From NCBI GenBank assembly GCA_951406725.2, contig OX597817.1:82274001-82338000 (forward strand): a DNA stretch of 64,000 bases, written 5' to 3'. Under the pieces are notes generated by a model. It ran no database searches. It was not told where the DNA came from and worked only from the letters and a program-made list of their open reading frames with translations. Both the position numbers and the translations under genes were made by a program. Shown here one piece after another: positions 1-12,887 of the stretch. Positions within the stretch are counted from its first letter, which is position 1, and every line of letters begins with the position of its first letter. The stretch comes from Octopus vulgaris. Lineage: Eukaryota.

Positions 1-520
1 TGGTTCAGACCATGATCGTAACTGGAGCTTATGAAGTCATTTCCACCTGACCAACCATGTGAATGACTACAAAAATATGGTAATATTTTCGGTTGTACCA
101 TATACATCTAGGTTATGACAAAAGCTCCGTGATAAATTCAAAAATGCTTTTAGAGATTAATTTTGGAACAAATCCACTGGACTGCAACGCATAAAACAAT
201 ATACATTAAGTTGAAAAACCCTTTGGGATAGTTATAGCTGAAATTCAAAAGAGTTTTTCAACTCAATACATACATACTCTTATAGTTTCATGTACTTCGA
301 GATCCACTGTTCCAAAACAAAAATCACGTTCATTTATTATTCTTATTACGTCTATAACTTTTAGCAATATCAGAATGTGGTCAGAGGGAGATCACACTCT
401 AATGTCTGGCTCCTGTTCTACCAAATTCGAATGAGTCGTTTCTTGGATCCTTCTCGTATCACATATATTGTTTCATAAACTTCCCGTATAAAAACTGAAG
501 CGAACCAGAAAAGAAACATA

Positions 521-889
521 TATTCTTTTCTACTCTAGGAACAAGGCCCAAAATTTTGTGGGGAGAGGGCCAGTCGATTACATCGACCCCCTACGCAACT
601 AGTACTTAATTTATCGACCCCGAAAGGATGAAAGGCAAAAATCGATCTCGACGGAATTTGAACTCAGAATGTAGCAGCAGATAAAATACCTATTTCTTTA
701 CTATCCACAAGGGGCTAAACACAGAGAGGACAAACAAGGATAAACAAACGGATTATGTCGATTATATCGACCCTAGTGCGTAACTGGTACTTAATTTATC
801 GACCCCGAAATGATGAAAGGCAAAGTTGACCTCGGCGGAATTTGAACTCAGAACGTAGCGGCAGACAAAATACAGCTACGCATTTCGCG
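521..889 (-). mobile_element. tRNA-derived SINE, dimeric arrangement (two core monomers with different tails)
   Basis: Two copies of the core ACTTAATTTATCGACCCCGAAA(G/T)GATGAAAGGCAAA...GGAATTTGAACTCAGAA (reverse of a B-box-like GAGTTCAAATTCC). The same family recurs more than 10 times in the window. Confidence 0.85.
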
Positions 890-979
890 TATTATTTTTG
901 AGGTACTTAGGTCTGCTCAGGACTTGGTGTTTGCTTTTTCCATGGGTATGAGTAAGTATTTCACTTATATCTCACGTAT

Positions 980-1039
980 TTGCCGCTGAAGAGGGGAAAA
1001 TTCTTATGAATTAACTCCGAAATTGGTCCAATACGGTAA
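980..1039 (+). ncRNA. Type I hammerhead ribozyme, canonical core
   Basis: Stem I UUGCCG(980-985)/CGGUAA(1034-1039); CUGAAGA 986-992; stem II GGGG-AA-AAUUC[UUAU]GAAUU-AA-CUCC; GAAA 1019-1022; stem III AUUG[GUC]CAAU; AUA cleavage triplet ending at 1033. Confidence 0.85.
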
Positions 1040-1259
1040 TAACGAATTTTTTTAGAAATTTCTATCAGTTTATTTCGAGACGCATATACTATAATAGTTA
1101 ATCGACAATATTTGTCTTTTTTGGCATATTTGGCATTAGAATTTTTTCTTTTGCCCTTATATTGTAAATTATTTATAAATTTAACCTTCAAAGGTATTTT
1201 TTGATATGCTGTCCATTGATGAAATTTTTTTTCCCGAAAAAAATTTTAGCCTACATTAG

Positions 1260-1371
<112 letters not shown>

Positions 1372-2544
1372 ATGTTTCAAAAAGAAAATAGAAACTACAC
1401 GTGGAAGAGGTATAGGGAAAGTAAGAAGAAAAGAGCGAAAATAAACATTGGATGTCAAAAGAAAAAATAAAGGCTTTTTATTGAAAAGTAACGATAAATA
1501 CATACAATTAGATGAACTAAGGTAGAATTAAGAGGAATAAAAGTCATTATTTGGAATTACTGTTTACTGGCTTTGAATGGGCACCGATTATCGAAGGTGT
1601 TGGGTCTACTAGTCCCTGAGTAAAAATATTATATGTAAGGGAGGTAAGTCGTTCTGGATGTGGTGCAGTTAGGGTAGATATAATACCGTAATAAGAATGC
1701 TGTATGGGATGTATGGGAGTTAGTGGTATTATGGGTAGTTTTCCGTATGATGTTATGTGTTCATGTTAAGTTGTAGGTGGAATTTATAGATGAAAGTTGC
1801 CTGTTTGTTCATTCTTTGCTGCACTGATGTGTTCTGTGAACATTGATAGAAGGGAAAAATTAGGAAGTCTGTATCTGTCTGTATTGTGGGTGGCGGATTT
1901 GTTATATGTGAAGGATGGTTCTTCGACGGAGTGATATTCCTGTTTGGCCAAAATATTAATTACCACATCCTAAGCAGGTAATGGCATAGATTAGATTTTC
2001 TGAGGCACAGATGAAATTTGATTCAATCTTATATATTTCACCTAGTTTAAAGTGGAATTCTATACCCTCCAAAAGGCGGGGCATGTGCCACAGTTAGGCC
2101 GACCGCATTCTTTCACTTTTGGTTCCGTTGTTAATGGATATAGCCTTGCGTTGGTTAATATTTTTTTCAATGATTTCTTATGGTCAGTAAACCATAAATC
2201 TGACAGAGGAACACACTATAAATTATATATATATATGAATAGCATTTTAAGTATTTAATAACATAGAGTTCAGTAGATGTATTCAGAAAATGTCACAGGA
2301 GTTGGGATCTTTCTTCCGAATTTCAGAATAAGATCTGATTATTTCGAAAATCAAAATTCGAGTAGTTTTGTCAATATGTGAGTGTGAGTGCGTGTGTTTG
2401 TGCATGTGTATGTGTGCGTGCGCGTGTGCGCGTGTATTTCTCTCTCTGTGTGTGTATGTGTATGTGTGTGTGTGTGTGTGTGTGTGCGTAAGTGTGAGTG
2501 TAATACACTTTCTGTACTAAAGAAAAAACTCAGATTAGCTGTTA

Positions 2545-3300
2545 TAAAGCGGAAATTGAAGCATCCGGAAGCTGCGGGCGAATTTTCACCATATTGTATT
2601 GATGGTGTTGTCAAAACAGAGAGACCTCGAATTTCTTTGATACCACATACAACACAGAATGAAAAAAGAAACTAAATAAGTTAAGCAAACCATACAACAT
2701 AACTAATTAGAGATTAACACTTCATACAAATCTTCAGAAATTCTTAAAAATCAGTGAGCCAGGTGATTTGTAAGAATGTTGATATTGAAATATTATTTAC
2801 AAGCGTTCTAGCGTAAACTGTCACAGACATAATATGACAAAACTTTTTATTTTACTCCCCAGTGTCTTAAGAAAATTACTGATCTGCTTCCATTGACATC
2901 GTTCACAGAATAAAATCCTATAAACACCACAAAAGTATCGATCGATCTCCTTTTAAGTCTCATCATTGCTAGCTGTTAGATAATTAACCTGGAGACTAAG
3001 ATTCTGAATCACATGATAAATAAAGCATTTTCTAGACAAACTAGAGGCTCTTGGGATCCTTAAATGAACGCATGAATCCAGAATTAATTACAAACCCTCA
3101 CATTTTAGATTTAAATGAAAAGTTTCTAGCGATAACCTCACAACTTTGACCTAACCTCGAAGTATGTATTTCAACGATTATAATGGAACCTCGTTTAGCG
3201 ATAAATAATTTATAATTAGTACTATTGGGAATTAACCTTTCATTTAATATTCATTAAACAAAAATAGTATCTGAAAGGCCTAGAATACTAAATATCCGAA
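2545..3300 (+). mobile_element. decayed Penelope-like element reverse-transcriptase remnant
   Basis: Broken translations GEFSPYCIDGVVKT, RPRISLIPHTT, DIEILFTSVL and SP(L)SLIIA...LETKILN resemble the PLE RT motifs (YGxxKT, RPIIS, DVESLFTNVP, GSPLSPxxA) in the right order; many stops and frameshifts. Right boundary approximate. Confidence 0.65.
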
Positions 3301-4401
3301 TTAGCAAATAGCTTTATCATTTTATCATCAAGCACATTGCATATGCCTCTAGTAAAATGAATATGAGCCAAATAAGTAGCCTTCCTGGTCGCTAGTTTTT
3401 CAGAAATAGTAATCATATTTATCCCTAGCGATAACCATAACGTCCTCAAAAAAATATAGTTCAGAGTACATTATATTTGAACAAAACTACTGAATGGTTA
3501 TAGTTGGGATGTGTTTCATCAAAAGTTCAACAAAGACCGACCTGAGGTTAAGGAGCAGCAACAAGAAAGTGAAGCAACGAGAGAATGTGAGTGACACGGG
3601 TGAAGAAAAGCACAAATACTCACTGCTTTACTCACAAAGGATTTTACCAAAAATAGTTGCATCGTTTCTCTGCCATATTGATAGGAAGGCTTTTAAAATA
3701 GATATATTCACAAGACAAATATAGTAATGAAAGAAATACTTTTAAATATGACCACCTGGAATATATATTACTGACGAGAAGACTTTTAAATATGATCGCA
3801 TGGTAGATATATTATTACATATAAATTGCAGAACCATTAAAGTCAAGGTTTATATAACTTCAGAAAGACCTCCTTGTTAAGCCATTCTGTTTAATCAATG
3901 GTATGTATTGATTTATGTGAGACACGTAAAACAAAACTAAACAGAAATAATTCGATCAAATTACTAAAAGCACTCATTAAAATTAACAATAGTCAAGGAA
4001 AGATCATTACTAAATATCTTATAAGTGTTCTCAATAAACAAATAATTAGCAGTGATATGGCACTAGTATTATTCAATAAATCCATTTCGAAAAATATTGC
4101 AGAACACCACATAAAAAAACAAAAACAAAAACAAATAATCAAGTAGAAACCAAAATTAAAAAAGAAATCCTATACAAACCAAATTTTAAGTTAATTACCA
4201 GTGATGAGAGATTGGCAATATTCAATAAGTTCGTTCAGACATACATTCACAAAAGATATTTAATTAAAAAAAAAATTTAATAAATTTCAGAAGCAATTAA
4301 TTTAAATAAAATAAATGAATAATTCTTCATATTTCCATTTTATAGCATAAGCATATCCGGAATATAATGACAGGAACTTGTCACTCATTATTAAACGATT
4401 A

Positions 4402-4695
4402 TGATTTAGGAAACGCAATTTTTCTCAACGCCAACTTATCACGAAACTCCGTATAACTTATGAAAAATCATATTCTCTCTTTAGTTATTCGAAGTGCCAG
4501 AAATACCAGGCTAATTTTGCTCAAATCAAACCTTGCTAACATTTAAATTAATTTACCCCATGATGCACTATGCTGACATAAAACACATGATGGTCACGGG
4601 TGGAATACCTTTGGTCATAAGTCTACTCCAGCTGAGATGAGTTGGATCCAAACAAAACCAACTTATGTGTTTGCGCTTTCGAAAACAATCTAAAA
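4402..4695 (+). repeat. ~295-bp direct repeat, copy 1 (copy 2 at 6275-6569)
   Basis: TTTTTCTCAACGCCAACTTATCACGAAACTCCGTATAACTTATGA...AATCTAAAA recurs about 1.87 kb downstream at high identity. Confidence 0.9.
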
Positions 4696-5074
4696 TCTAA
4701 AAATTAACACAAACTAAATATTAACAGAAGCCTATCGGTTCTTCCTAATTCTTGATTCAACTAGCTTCTCACAAACACAGAAGCTTAAACTGTATATTAA
4801 CACCTGTACACCAATGATGATTGTGTATGAGGCGAGAACTTGACTTTCCCCGCATAACATAAAAAATTAATTATACCCAGTAACAAAATTAATTATATGT
4901 TCATGTAGTGAAGCGGAACGTCGAAAAATTACAATCTCTGCTGTAGTAAACACTCAATGATTACTAGACTGAGACATCGATTTAGTAATGATAAATACAT
5001 ATATTGAATAAGTTGTACTGAAAAAAGGTTAATAAATATCTCATTTTCTAATTAATCGCTTTATTGCAAGTAGA

Positions 5075-5520
5075 GACAAGTACAGCCTGGTTGATCAGCT
5101 GATGATCAGATGTCAGAAGACGTAGGATCCACCGAACAGAGATCTTCGTCATGCCAAGTTCATTGTGCAGAATATCCTGAACTCTCTCATACGGTATGTT
5201 AATAGTATTGACTATTTGATTTATAGTCAATCGCCTGTTATCCCTCGGTGGTGGCAATTGCAGGACGCCCAGACCTTGAGTCATGTTTAAGACTCTCCCT
5301 TTCCTTCTTAAATTTATCTGTTCAATTTGCGCTGCTGATAAAGATGAACTGTCATCTAATGTAGTAAGCATGTTAGCATGAACGTCCTTAGGGGCTAAAC
5401 CGTTTTTCTACTGGTACTTGATAATACCACGATGCCAGATTTTGTCCCTTTTCAAGAAAAGTCACTGCTAGTTACTTTTGAAGTCTTCTTCAAACAGTCA
5501 GATGTCAGTTTACGTATTTT
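5075..5520 (-). mobile_element. mariner transposase N-terminal (HTH) remnant
   Basis: DKIWHRGIIKY..GLAPKDVHANMLTTL...DNRRLTINQIVNTINIPYERVQDILHNELGMTKISVRWILRLLT (WVPRLL-like motif); stops and frameshifts. Confidence 0.85.
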
Positions 5521-5629
5521 GTGTCTGATTAGTATTTGCGACGGGAGATCATCGCTACCATCTCTAGCCTTACGTGATACACACGGATTCAAGTTTCTGG
5601 GTGGCTACACGTCTTCAGTGTTACCTTTC

Positions 5630-5775
5630 GTTAGCCAACTGGAAGAGATGTCTTCCTGGGACTATAAACGTCAGTAGCACTGTCCTGTATAGGACGCCAC
5701 ACTTGGTTAGCAATTAATTGTTATGATTCCGTATTGCTGCTGTTTATATCTCGCTCAGAGATTTAATATAGTATA
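5630..5775 (+). mobile_element. diverged fragment of the retrozyme-like family at 11744 and 20514
   Basis: TAGCCAACTGGAAGAGATGTCTTCCTGGGACTATAA...TGGTTAGC...CTGTTTATATCTCGCTCAGAGATTTA ending in TATA resembles the 3' part of 11859-12013. Confidence 0.55.
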
Positions 5776-6274
5776 TATACATTTATATATTTACATATCA
5801 TGACATATACACATAGAAACGTGAATATATTGATTAATGCAAGATTCTGCTATAAACGAAAGCAGTAGCAGATAATATATATTATGAAACGTGTCAGTTT
5901 AATGTAGCTAAATGTAATTAATCAATGAAACCAAGAATTCAATGTCACTAAATGATATTTGTAGATGTTAATCATGCAACAGATTATTATCAGCAATTTG
6001 CGAAGTCAAATTATTCAGAAATTGATTTCTTTATATTGTGTGGGAGTGCATATAGGCATAGAATTCGACATTTCTTTTACTACGTAGTGATTGCATTGAT
6101 GTGTGAACATTGAGCAATATTAGTTATGTTTAGGATTCTTGATGATCATGTACAAATAGTTTTGGCTAATCTGTTATAAAGTCTTCGGCCATATTGTTAA
6201 TATTCATCTTTAGAAGTATAGTTGCTATGATTATTGTTGGTTTTTCGAGAGAAGTGATGTGGCCATGGTTGATT

Positions 6275-6569
6275 ATAATTTAGGGGACGCGATTTTTCTC
6301 AACGCCAACTTATCACGAAACTCCGTATAACTTATGAGAAATCATATTCTCTCTTTAGTTATTCGAAGTGCCAGAAATACCAGGCTAATTTTGCTCAAAT
6401 CAAACCTTGTTAACTTTTAAATTAATTTACCCCATGATGTACTATGCTGACATAAAACACGTAATGGTCACGGGTGGAATACCTTTGGTCATAAGTCTGC
6501 TCCAGCTGAGATGAGTTGGATCCCAACAAAACCAACTTAAGTGTTTGTGCTTTGGTAAACGATCTAAAA
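6275..6569 (+). repeat. ~295-bp direct repeat, copy 2
   Basis: Matches 4402-4695. Confidence 0.9.
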
Positions 6570-9500
6570 GAACGTGTAAAAGGAATGAAATCATGGACAT
6601 TGAAATTTTCAGGAGGAAGAATTTAATAAAATGTTTAGTGGAGGGTTGCTATTCGGACTAGGAAGACAATAGAAATGGCAAAAAGAGAAAAGGAATTTTA
6701 TCGGGTGAGTTTTGGCGGAGTGGATACAAAGTTTGCTAGTTGATTGGAGTATAGATCAATATAGTAGTGACAAAATAGGCTAAGTAGATTGGTTGGTGGA
6801 ATTAGAATGTTCTTCAGTGAATCTTTACCATTAGCCGGTTTGCTAATTTTTTAATGCTATCTAAGATGTTTTGAGCGAATCAATAGCAATGCTCCAGATA
6901 TTCGAGCACTACCCTATCATGACACACAGTTTAATGATAATGACATGTGGCAACTAATACGTGTGCAAGTATTTTCTGGATGTGATGTCATAATTTTGTC
7001 TTTTGTACAAACGTTTGGCAACATTACATATGAGGGATCGTCATGAGATCTTGTGGCGTACAGAATTTGCAGTGATTGAGCATTTTGCTGTCTTTTGCCT
7101 GCAGGAGTAACATAACTCTGTGAAATTGGTTCCTTGAAATTTGTAATGGCTGGTTTTTGTACTTGTTGATAAAACTAAATTGTCATGTCTACATTGGGGA
7201 ATATTTCCAAGGATTTCGAACATAGAATCTATGTATATCTGATGTAAGGTGTCCAGAATGCGTGTAAATGATGCCTTGGTATAGAATGAAGATTGGTATC
7301 TCATGAAAAATAACGAAGTATTTAGCGTACTGAAGAAATGGTATCATAGACATCACCATTTATTTTTTAGAACACAGCTGATAGAGAATACAGATCGAAG
7401 ATATTCACGTCTTTTGCGTGCAGAAATGCAGCGTTGAAAGGCAGTTGGAATCCATACGCAGACATCATTGCAAGCTTAGATACCAGATACTGCTAATCCC
7501 ATATGAAATACTAGTGCTTTTCTGGAAGCTCTGAGTAGTGAAAGACCTTTCCCTGTAACAAACATAATGGTGACTACTTCAACGACAAAGAATCTGAAGA
7601 AATATATCGTGCGGTTGCATGAGATAGTTTATATCGTAATAAAGATAGTGGGTTGATAGAATCTAATTAGAAATATGGGACAATTTATATTGTCTTTGTA
7701 TTGAGGCACACTGCTGGAGTACATATATTGCGATAGATTTATGTAGAGAATGAAAGATACTAGAATTTGCTGAAAGCAGGAATTAGGTAGCGGATGTGTT
7801 GTTTTGTGATGCAAGGGACTATATCAAAGCATTTCTTCTACAAGACAGCGGTTACTAGAGATATCTTCAAACTTAAAAGTTGTGTATACGTGTTTGGTGG
7901 AGAAGGGGAGCTTTGGAAGGGTTTGTATGTTAGAAGATGAAATTTGGCAGGCAAATAGGGGGCTATATTTGCTGGTGAGCTATTGCGTGGTGTACAAAGA
8001 ATAATGGGTATTTATATGATAATACGAGCATTCAGGATGGCGAATCTTTTGTTTTCTGTAAAGGTGTCTTTCCTAAAAGATGTTTAGCGAAACCCCGGCT
8101 CAGATTTGAACAATATCTTTCAGATTTGGCCAATCTACAACCAAAAAGTAATGTATCACCATAAAAAGCCTACGTGAATTTGGCTCAACCAATTAGGACT
8201 GGTTGGGGCGACAATTTTCAATGGAAGTGTACGAGTTACCTCGTCAAACAGTTTGGCCGAAGATTCTAGAACTCTAGGGCTGACAATAATAAAATATGGG
8301 CGAATTCAAATTTAAGTACTCGAAAAAAGCCGTCCACCTTAAATTGTTATGTTGAGTAACACATATTAATCCTATGCAATGATTTAAATTATTTGCACTG
8401 CTTTCATATTACCTAGTAAGTTATATCCAGAAAATTCCTTTAGTTTGTTGGATGTACATTTGTAAATAAAACTATGCGAGTTAATAAATTATTTGAAAAC
8501 TCACACTTTAATTCTTATGTACCGCACATTGTGTAAAATAAGTAAAATATACTCTGGAAAATGGGATATAGAGCTTGAGAGATATGATAGATATTTCTAG
8601 TATTATTGAAAAGCATGAAATCTTATCACTTACCTAATAATGTTAATATTATGAAAGAACTCGAAAAATGTTTTGTGGTACCAAGAGCATCTGAATTAAA
8701 TTGACGAATCGTTTTGGGAATTTATATGAAAACAAGAGTACACGCTTATCGTTTGCTATAACCGTTGCTATTTCTAAACAGATGGCATACATTGACAACT
8801 GGAAGACCAAAATTCGCTCTAACTTGTAAGGTTTTCATGTATTTCAGGATTAACATTGTACTATATGTTCAAGTGAAAAACATTTTAACAATGCATATTT
8901 GAAAAGAGATTTTCGACATGGAGTATACAAATTTCTCAAATTCTTTCAGTCATTCAAATAAGCTGTGACCTGGTTTTCTATAGCTTATTTATCTTTTTTT
9001 AGGTATTGATCAATTTTCAACACTCTCAGTCTATAGCATTTTTTTCAGAAGGGGCTTCGATACATATAATTTTTTGAGTAACTTTTAGGAAATTAAGTTT
9101 CAGATCATTGCAGTAAGTGTACAGTCACCTCATTTGAAACTATTTTACGTGTCATTCACAATTGCAATAATTGAGTAGGATCAAGAATTTATCAGCGAGA
9201 GACCAATTGCTCATGTTTTGACATGGACATTTATTTTCAACTATTCCGCATTGTTTGAACTATAATTCTTCGTTCTGGCAATATTTGAAATATAATGTAA
9301 ACGCTGATCAATATCAACTGTTATCAGAACAAATTCCGAATGAATTGTTTATTTATTTATTCATTTTTGCTACTAAGCCTGTGTGCTTTATTTGTTTCCA
9401 TTACAAGTCGAGCAAATATATTTTTACGCAATCTGCATTTTTCTCTGCTACATTCTACTTTTGTTACTGTGTGAACTAAACTAGCTGTTACTTGTGTACT

Positions 9501-9890
9501 TTACACAAAAAACAACATGATGTGCCTGTCCAATTAATATATTGACAGATTATACTCGGTGCTTATTCTTTATTCTTTAACTTTTTTTACTTGTTTTAGT
9601 TATTACAATGTGAAAATTGGGAAGCATTATTCTTTCTGTTCAGCGTATATTTTTATACACATATGGCACAACTTGGGCGATATTCAGACGGCATCTGTTA
9701 CATATATAACCTTCTCTACATTTAGTTTATAAGAACTTGTAGGTGGTAACTCTTACCATTATTACTGATATTAAAGTGGACAGTTTTTCGTGTATTTTTC
9801 TGGTTGTTGATAGAGTGGTCATGTAATATTTTATAGGAATGTTTTTAACGTGTGTTGGTTGCAGTAATTTCCTGTATTTCATTTTAACAA

Positions 9891-9913
9891 AGAGAGAGAA
9901 AGAGAGAGAAAGA

Positions 9914-9968
<55 letters not shown>
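9891..9968. repeat. (GA)n microsatellite
   Basis: Direct reading. Confidence 0.95.
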
Positions 9969-9970
<2 letters not shown>

Positions 9971-10711
9971 GTATAGCGAAAAGAAGAGATGGTGTGTTAG
10001 AGAACGTATCACAGAAAAAAAAAAGATTTGATTCCTTAATAAAATATAAAACATGTCAGTTTTATTGGCAGTGTTTTACAGTCAACGAATAACTTTCTGA
10101 GTTAACAATGATAGATGTTTTAGCGTAATTTACAGTCCAAAATGATTTGTCAGACAAGGGAAATATTATTATAGTTTTGTATAAAAGTGTCAAAGACTAC
10201 AGAAATTTGGGCAATTTAGAATTATTTCTTGCTTTTATGACTTATTTATATAATTTTTAATTCTATGATTTTTGATTTGAGGAATTTAATATTGTTGTTT
10301 TGATCTTAATATTTTTCTGTTGCTTTGTTGACAATATAGTTGATATTGATAATATATTGTAGCATATTTATGGACGAAAGTATGGCCTTGTGGCTAAGAG
10401 TTTGGTTAGGAAATACATGATTCCAAATGTGATATTACGACTCCTTAATTAGGTCAACTGAAGCCTTATTTTAAAAAAGGGGTCGACAGAACTGCAGGAC
10501 CCATCAGATGTGATGACATGCTTGGGTGGTTTGCGTTCATGCCAAGTTACACTCAAAAACAATTTAGCATTAAACTGAAGGACTGTTCTATACTTTTTAA
10601 TGGAGTACCTATTTGTTTTGCAATAAAAGTTGACAATTACTTCGAAGCTTTGGCTTCTTCATCCGTGTCTATATATATTTATATACCCCCCACATATATA
10701 TATAAGAGACC

Positions 10712-11440
10712 AAACTACGTACGCCGCTATATATATATAAAAAGGAATCCAAAAATGGGATAAGAACGCAAAACATCCAGACAGTTAGATGATACAAATA
10801 AGGGACAAGAAAAAACAAGGACAGGTTATTCGGAGATTTTTTCCTCAGTTGTGTTCCAGATTATCTTTGCAATTTCGGCTGGTTATACACGAAATTGCTC
10901 CAATCTGGCCAGCCCCAAGGAAAACCTAAGCTAAGAGCACTGGATTCCTTGGAAGAAAGCAGCGAATGTATACAAAAACAAGGACGGAAAAAAATGGAGA
11001 AATGTTACACAAATACAAATGCAAATAATAGGACATTAACAATGGGTGTCTTTCGACTAAGGACAAATTAAATTAAGCTGGCGTGCATGGAGGTTAAGCC
11101 TTACAGCAGGGGTATAAGTGATGACAGGCATGGGGAGGTATATAGATGTTGCATGCATGGTAGTCGAACCATGAAAGGAAGGTCAGGCTTGGCCGAACAC
11201 CGGTCACTTGGAAAGAGGAGAGAGAGGTAGACGCAGAGGGATAGAGGAATTAAGGAGGGACAAGAAAAAAAAGAAAAGGGACAGAGTGACGTGAAAGAGG
11301 ATGGACAGTGAGAATGAAGAGAAAGCCAGGAAATGTGGGATGAGGAAACGAAAGAAAGTAGAATGGGAAGAACGAAGTAAGTGTGAAGGGGCTGATAGAA
11401 AGAAAGAAAGAAGGAAAGAATGAGAGATTCGTACAAAATA
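10712..11440 (-). mobile_element. TA-anchored PLE-like non-coding element with degenerate hammerhead-like motif
   Basis: Flanked by TA tracts. The first ~180 bp are homologous to the fold-back at 12033-12312. The minus strand reads CUGAGGA-AAAAAUCUCC-GAAU (one A short of GAAA). Confidence 0.5.
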
Positions 11441-11452
11441 TATATTTATATG

Positions 11453-11507
<55 letters not shown>

Positions 11508-11574
11508 TTGAGGGAATATTATTCCTAACTTACAGCGAAAAATTCAATTTAGAAATACAAATTTCACAAAATAT

Positions 11575-11722
11575 AATATATATATGAAAATTAGAAAAAA
11601 ATCTTTGAAGGATATTCCTATACCATCTAAAAAGGAATATATTATATGTAATTTTCTAGATGGTGTAATTTAATTGTTCACTTTGAATTAATAAAAGGTT
11701 TTTTTTTTCTAATTTACATATA
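11575..11722. mobile_element. short TA-flanked fold-back carrying a PLE-like ORF start
   Basis: Arms ATATATGAAAATTAGAAAAAAATCTTT / AAAGGTTTTTTTTTTCTAATTTACATATAT. 11584-11673 translates MKIRKKSLKDIPIPSKKEYII, reminiscent of the S-x-K-N-I-P-I-P-S N-terminal motif of some PLE ORFs. Confidence 0.4.
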
Positions 11723-11743
11723 TATATATATATATATATATAT

Positions 11744-12013
11744 AGTATATCTGCCATCTAAATATGGTTAACCACTAAGGATGGATGTTACTGTAGCTTG
11801 TAGCCCCAGGAGAACATCTTCTCCAGCGGGCTATTGACACACTTTCTGTTCCCTATCGGTGTGTCAATAGCCAGCTGGAGAAGATGTTCTCCTGGGGCTA
11901 CAAGCTACACTAACATCCACCCTTAATGGTTAGCCATATTTAGATGGCAAATATACTTCACATTGTCGTGCAGTTAACTGTCTATACCTTGTTCAGAGAT
12001 TTATCATTGCTTA
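11744..12013 (+). mobile_element. fold-back copy of retrozyme-like family A (hammerhead portion not included)
   Basis: Arms 11744-11842 and 11859-11957 are reverse complements; sequence matches 20789-20942; TA tracts on both sides. Confidence 0.85.
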
Positions 12014-12032
12014 TATATATATGTACTTACAT

Positions 12033-12308
12033 ATAAGAAACCAAAGAGTACGTACGCCGGCAAATGTATATAAAAAGGAATGCAAAAATGGGACAAGAAC
12101 ACAAAACATCCTGACAGTTGATACAAAAAAGGGACAAGAAAAACAAGGACGGATCATTCGAGTATAACCAGCCGAAATTGCAAAGATAATCTGGAACTCG
12201 ACTGAGGAAAGAAAACTTCGAATGACCCATCCTTGTTTTTTTTTTGTTCCTTCTTTTTTTGTATCATCGGTCTGGATGTTTTTGCGTTATTGTCCCATTT
12301 TTGTATTC

Positions 12309-12312
<4 letters not shown>
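12033..12312 (+). mobile_element. TA-flanked fold-back element (same family as 10712) with degenerate CUGAGGA...GAAU motif
   Basis: Left arm AAAGGAATGCAAAAATGGGACAAGAAC...GGATCATTCGA is inverted by TCGAATGACCCATCCTTG...GTCCCATTTTTGTATTCCTTTA. Confidence 0.75.
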
Positions 12313-12376
<64 letters not shown>

Positions 12377-12378
<2 letters not shown>

Positions 12379-12830
12379 TTTTGGGATTTGGTTTGCAAGA
12401 TTCTTATGTGAGTTCGTGTGTTGAAGCATATTCTGTTGTGTCAGGGGAGAGTCATTTTCTTTTTGTGTATCATAATTTAAGACACTCACCTGTAAAATTT
12501 CCATATGAAAATTTCCATACAAAAATAAAAAGTGGAAATTTTACCGGTGAGCGTGTTAAATTATAAGGCACAAAAAGAAAACGACTCTCACCAGACACAA
12601 CACATGGTAACATGAGGAAAAGAAAAATGGACGATGGCCACGTGTGAGCAACGAGAGAGAGAAACAGACAAAGTTGGGGTAGGTAGAGAGAGAGAGAGAA
12701 AACAGTGAAGGAAGGAGGGGGAGAAAAGAGGAATTAGAAAAGGATGGTGGAAGAAGACAGTACAGAGTAGAGAGTTGGATCAAAAAGGTGGTGTCGCGTT
12801 TAATTAAAATTAAAATTAAATAATAAATCA
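12377..12830. mobile_element. TA-flanked fold-back element (second copy at 60935-61045)
   Basis: Arms 12434-12503 and 12533-12602 are reverse complements; homologous sequence at 60935-61045 also ends in a TA tract. Confidence 0.75.
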
Positions 12831-12887
12831 TATATGATGTATATATATATATATATTCAATTCACCGTTAATCTTTCTTTTGTAAAA

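Noticed and set aside
1500-2000. Possible minus-strand PLE ORF remnant (YNKSATHNTDRYRLPNFS)
   Set aside because: Only a faint resemblance to the YRKPTD motif; not supportable without a profile search.
6600-8100. Possible decayed minus-strand retroelement RT (ILVSFILYINL, FFMRY)
   Set aside because: Motifs are too eroded to call by eye.
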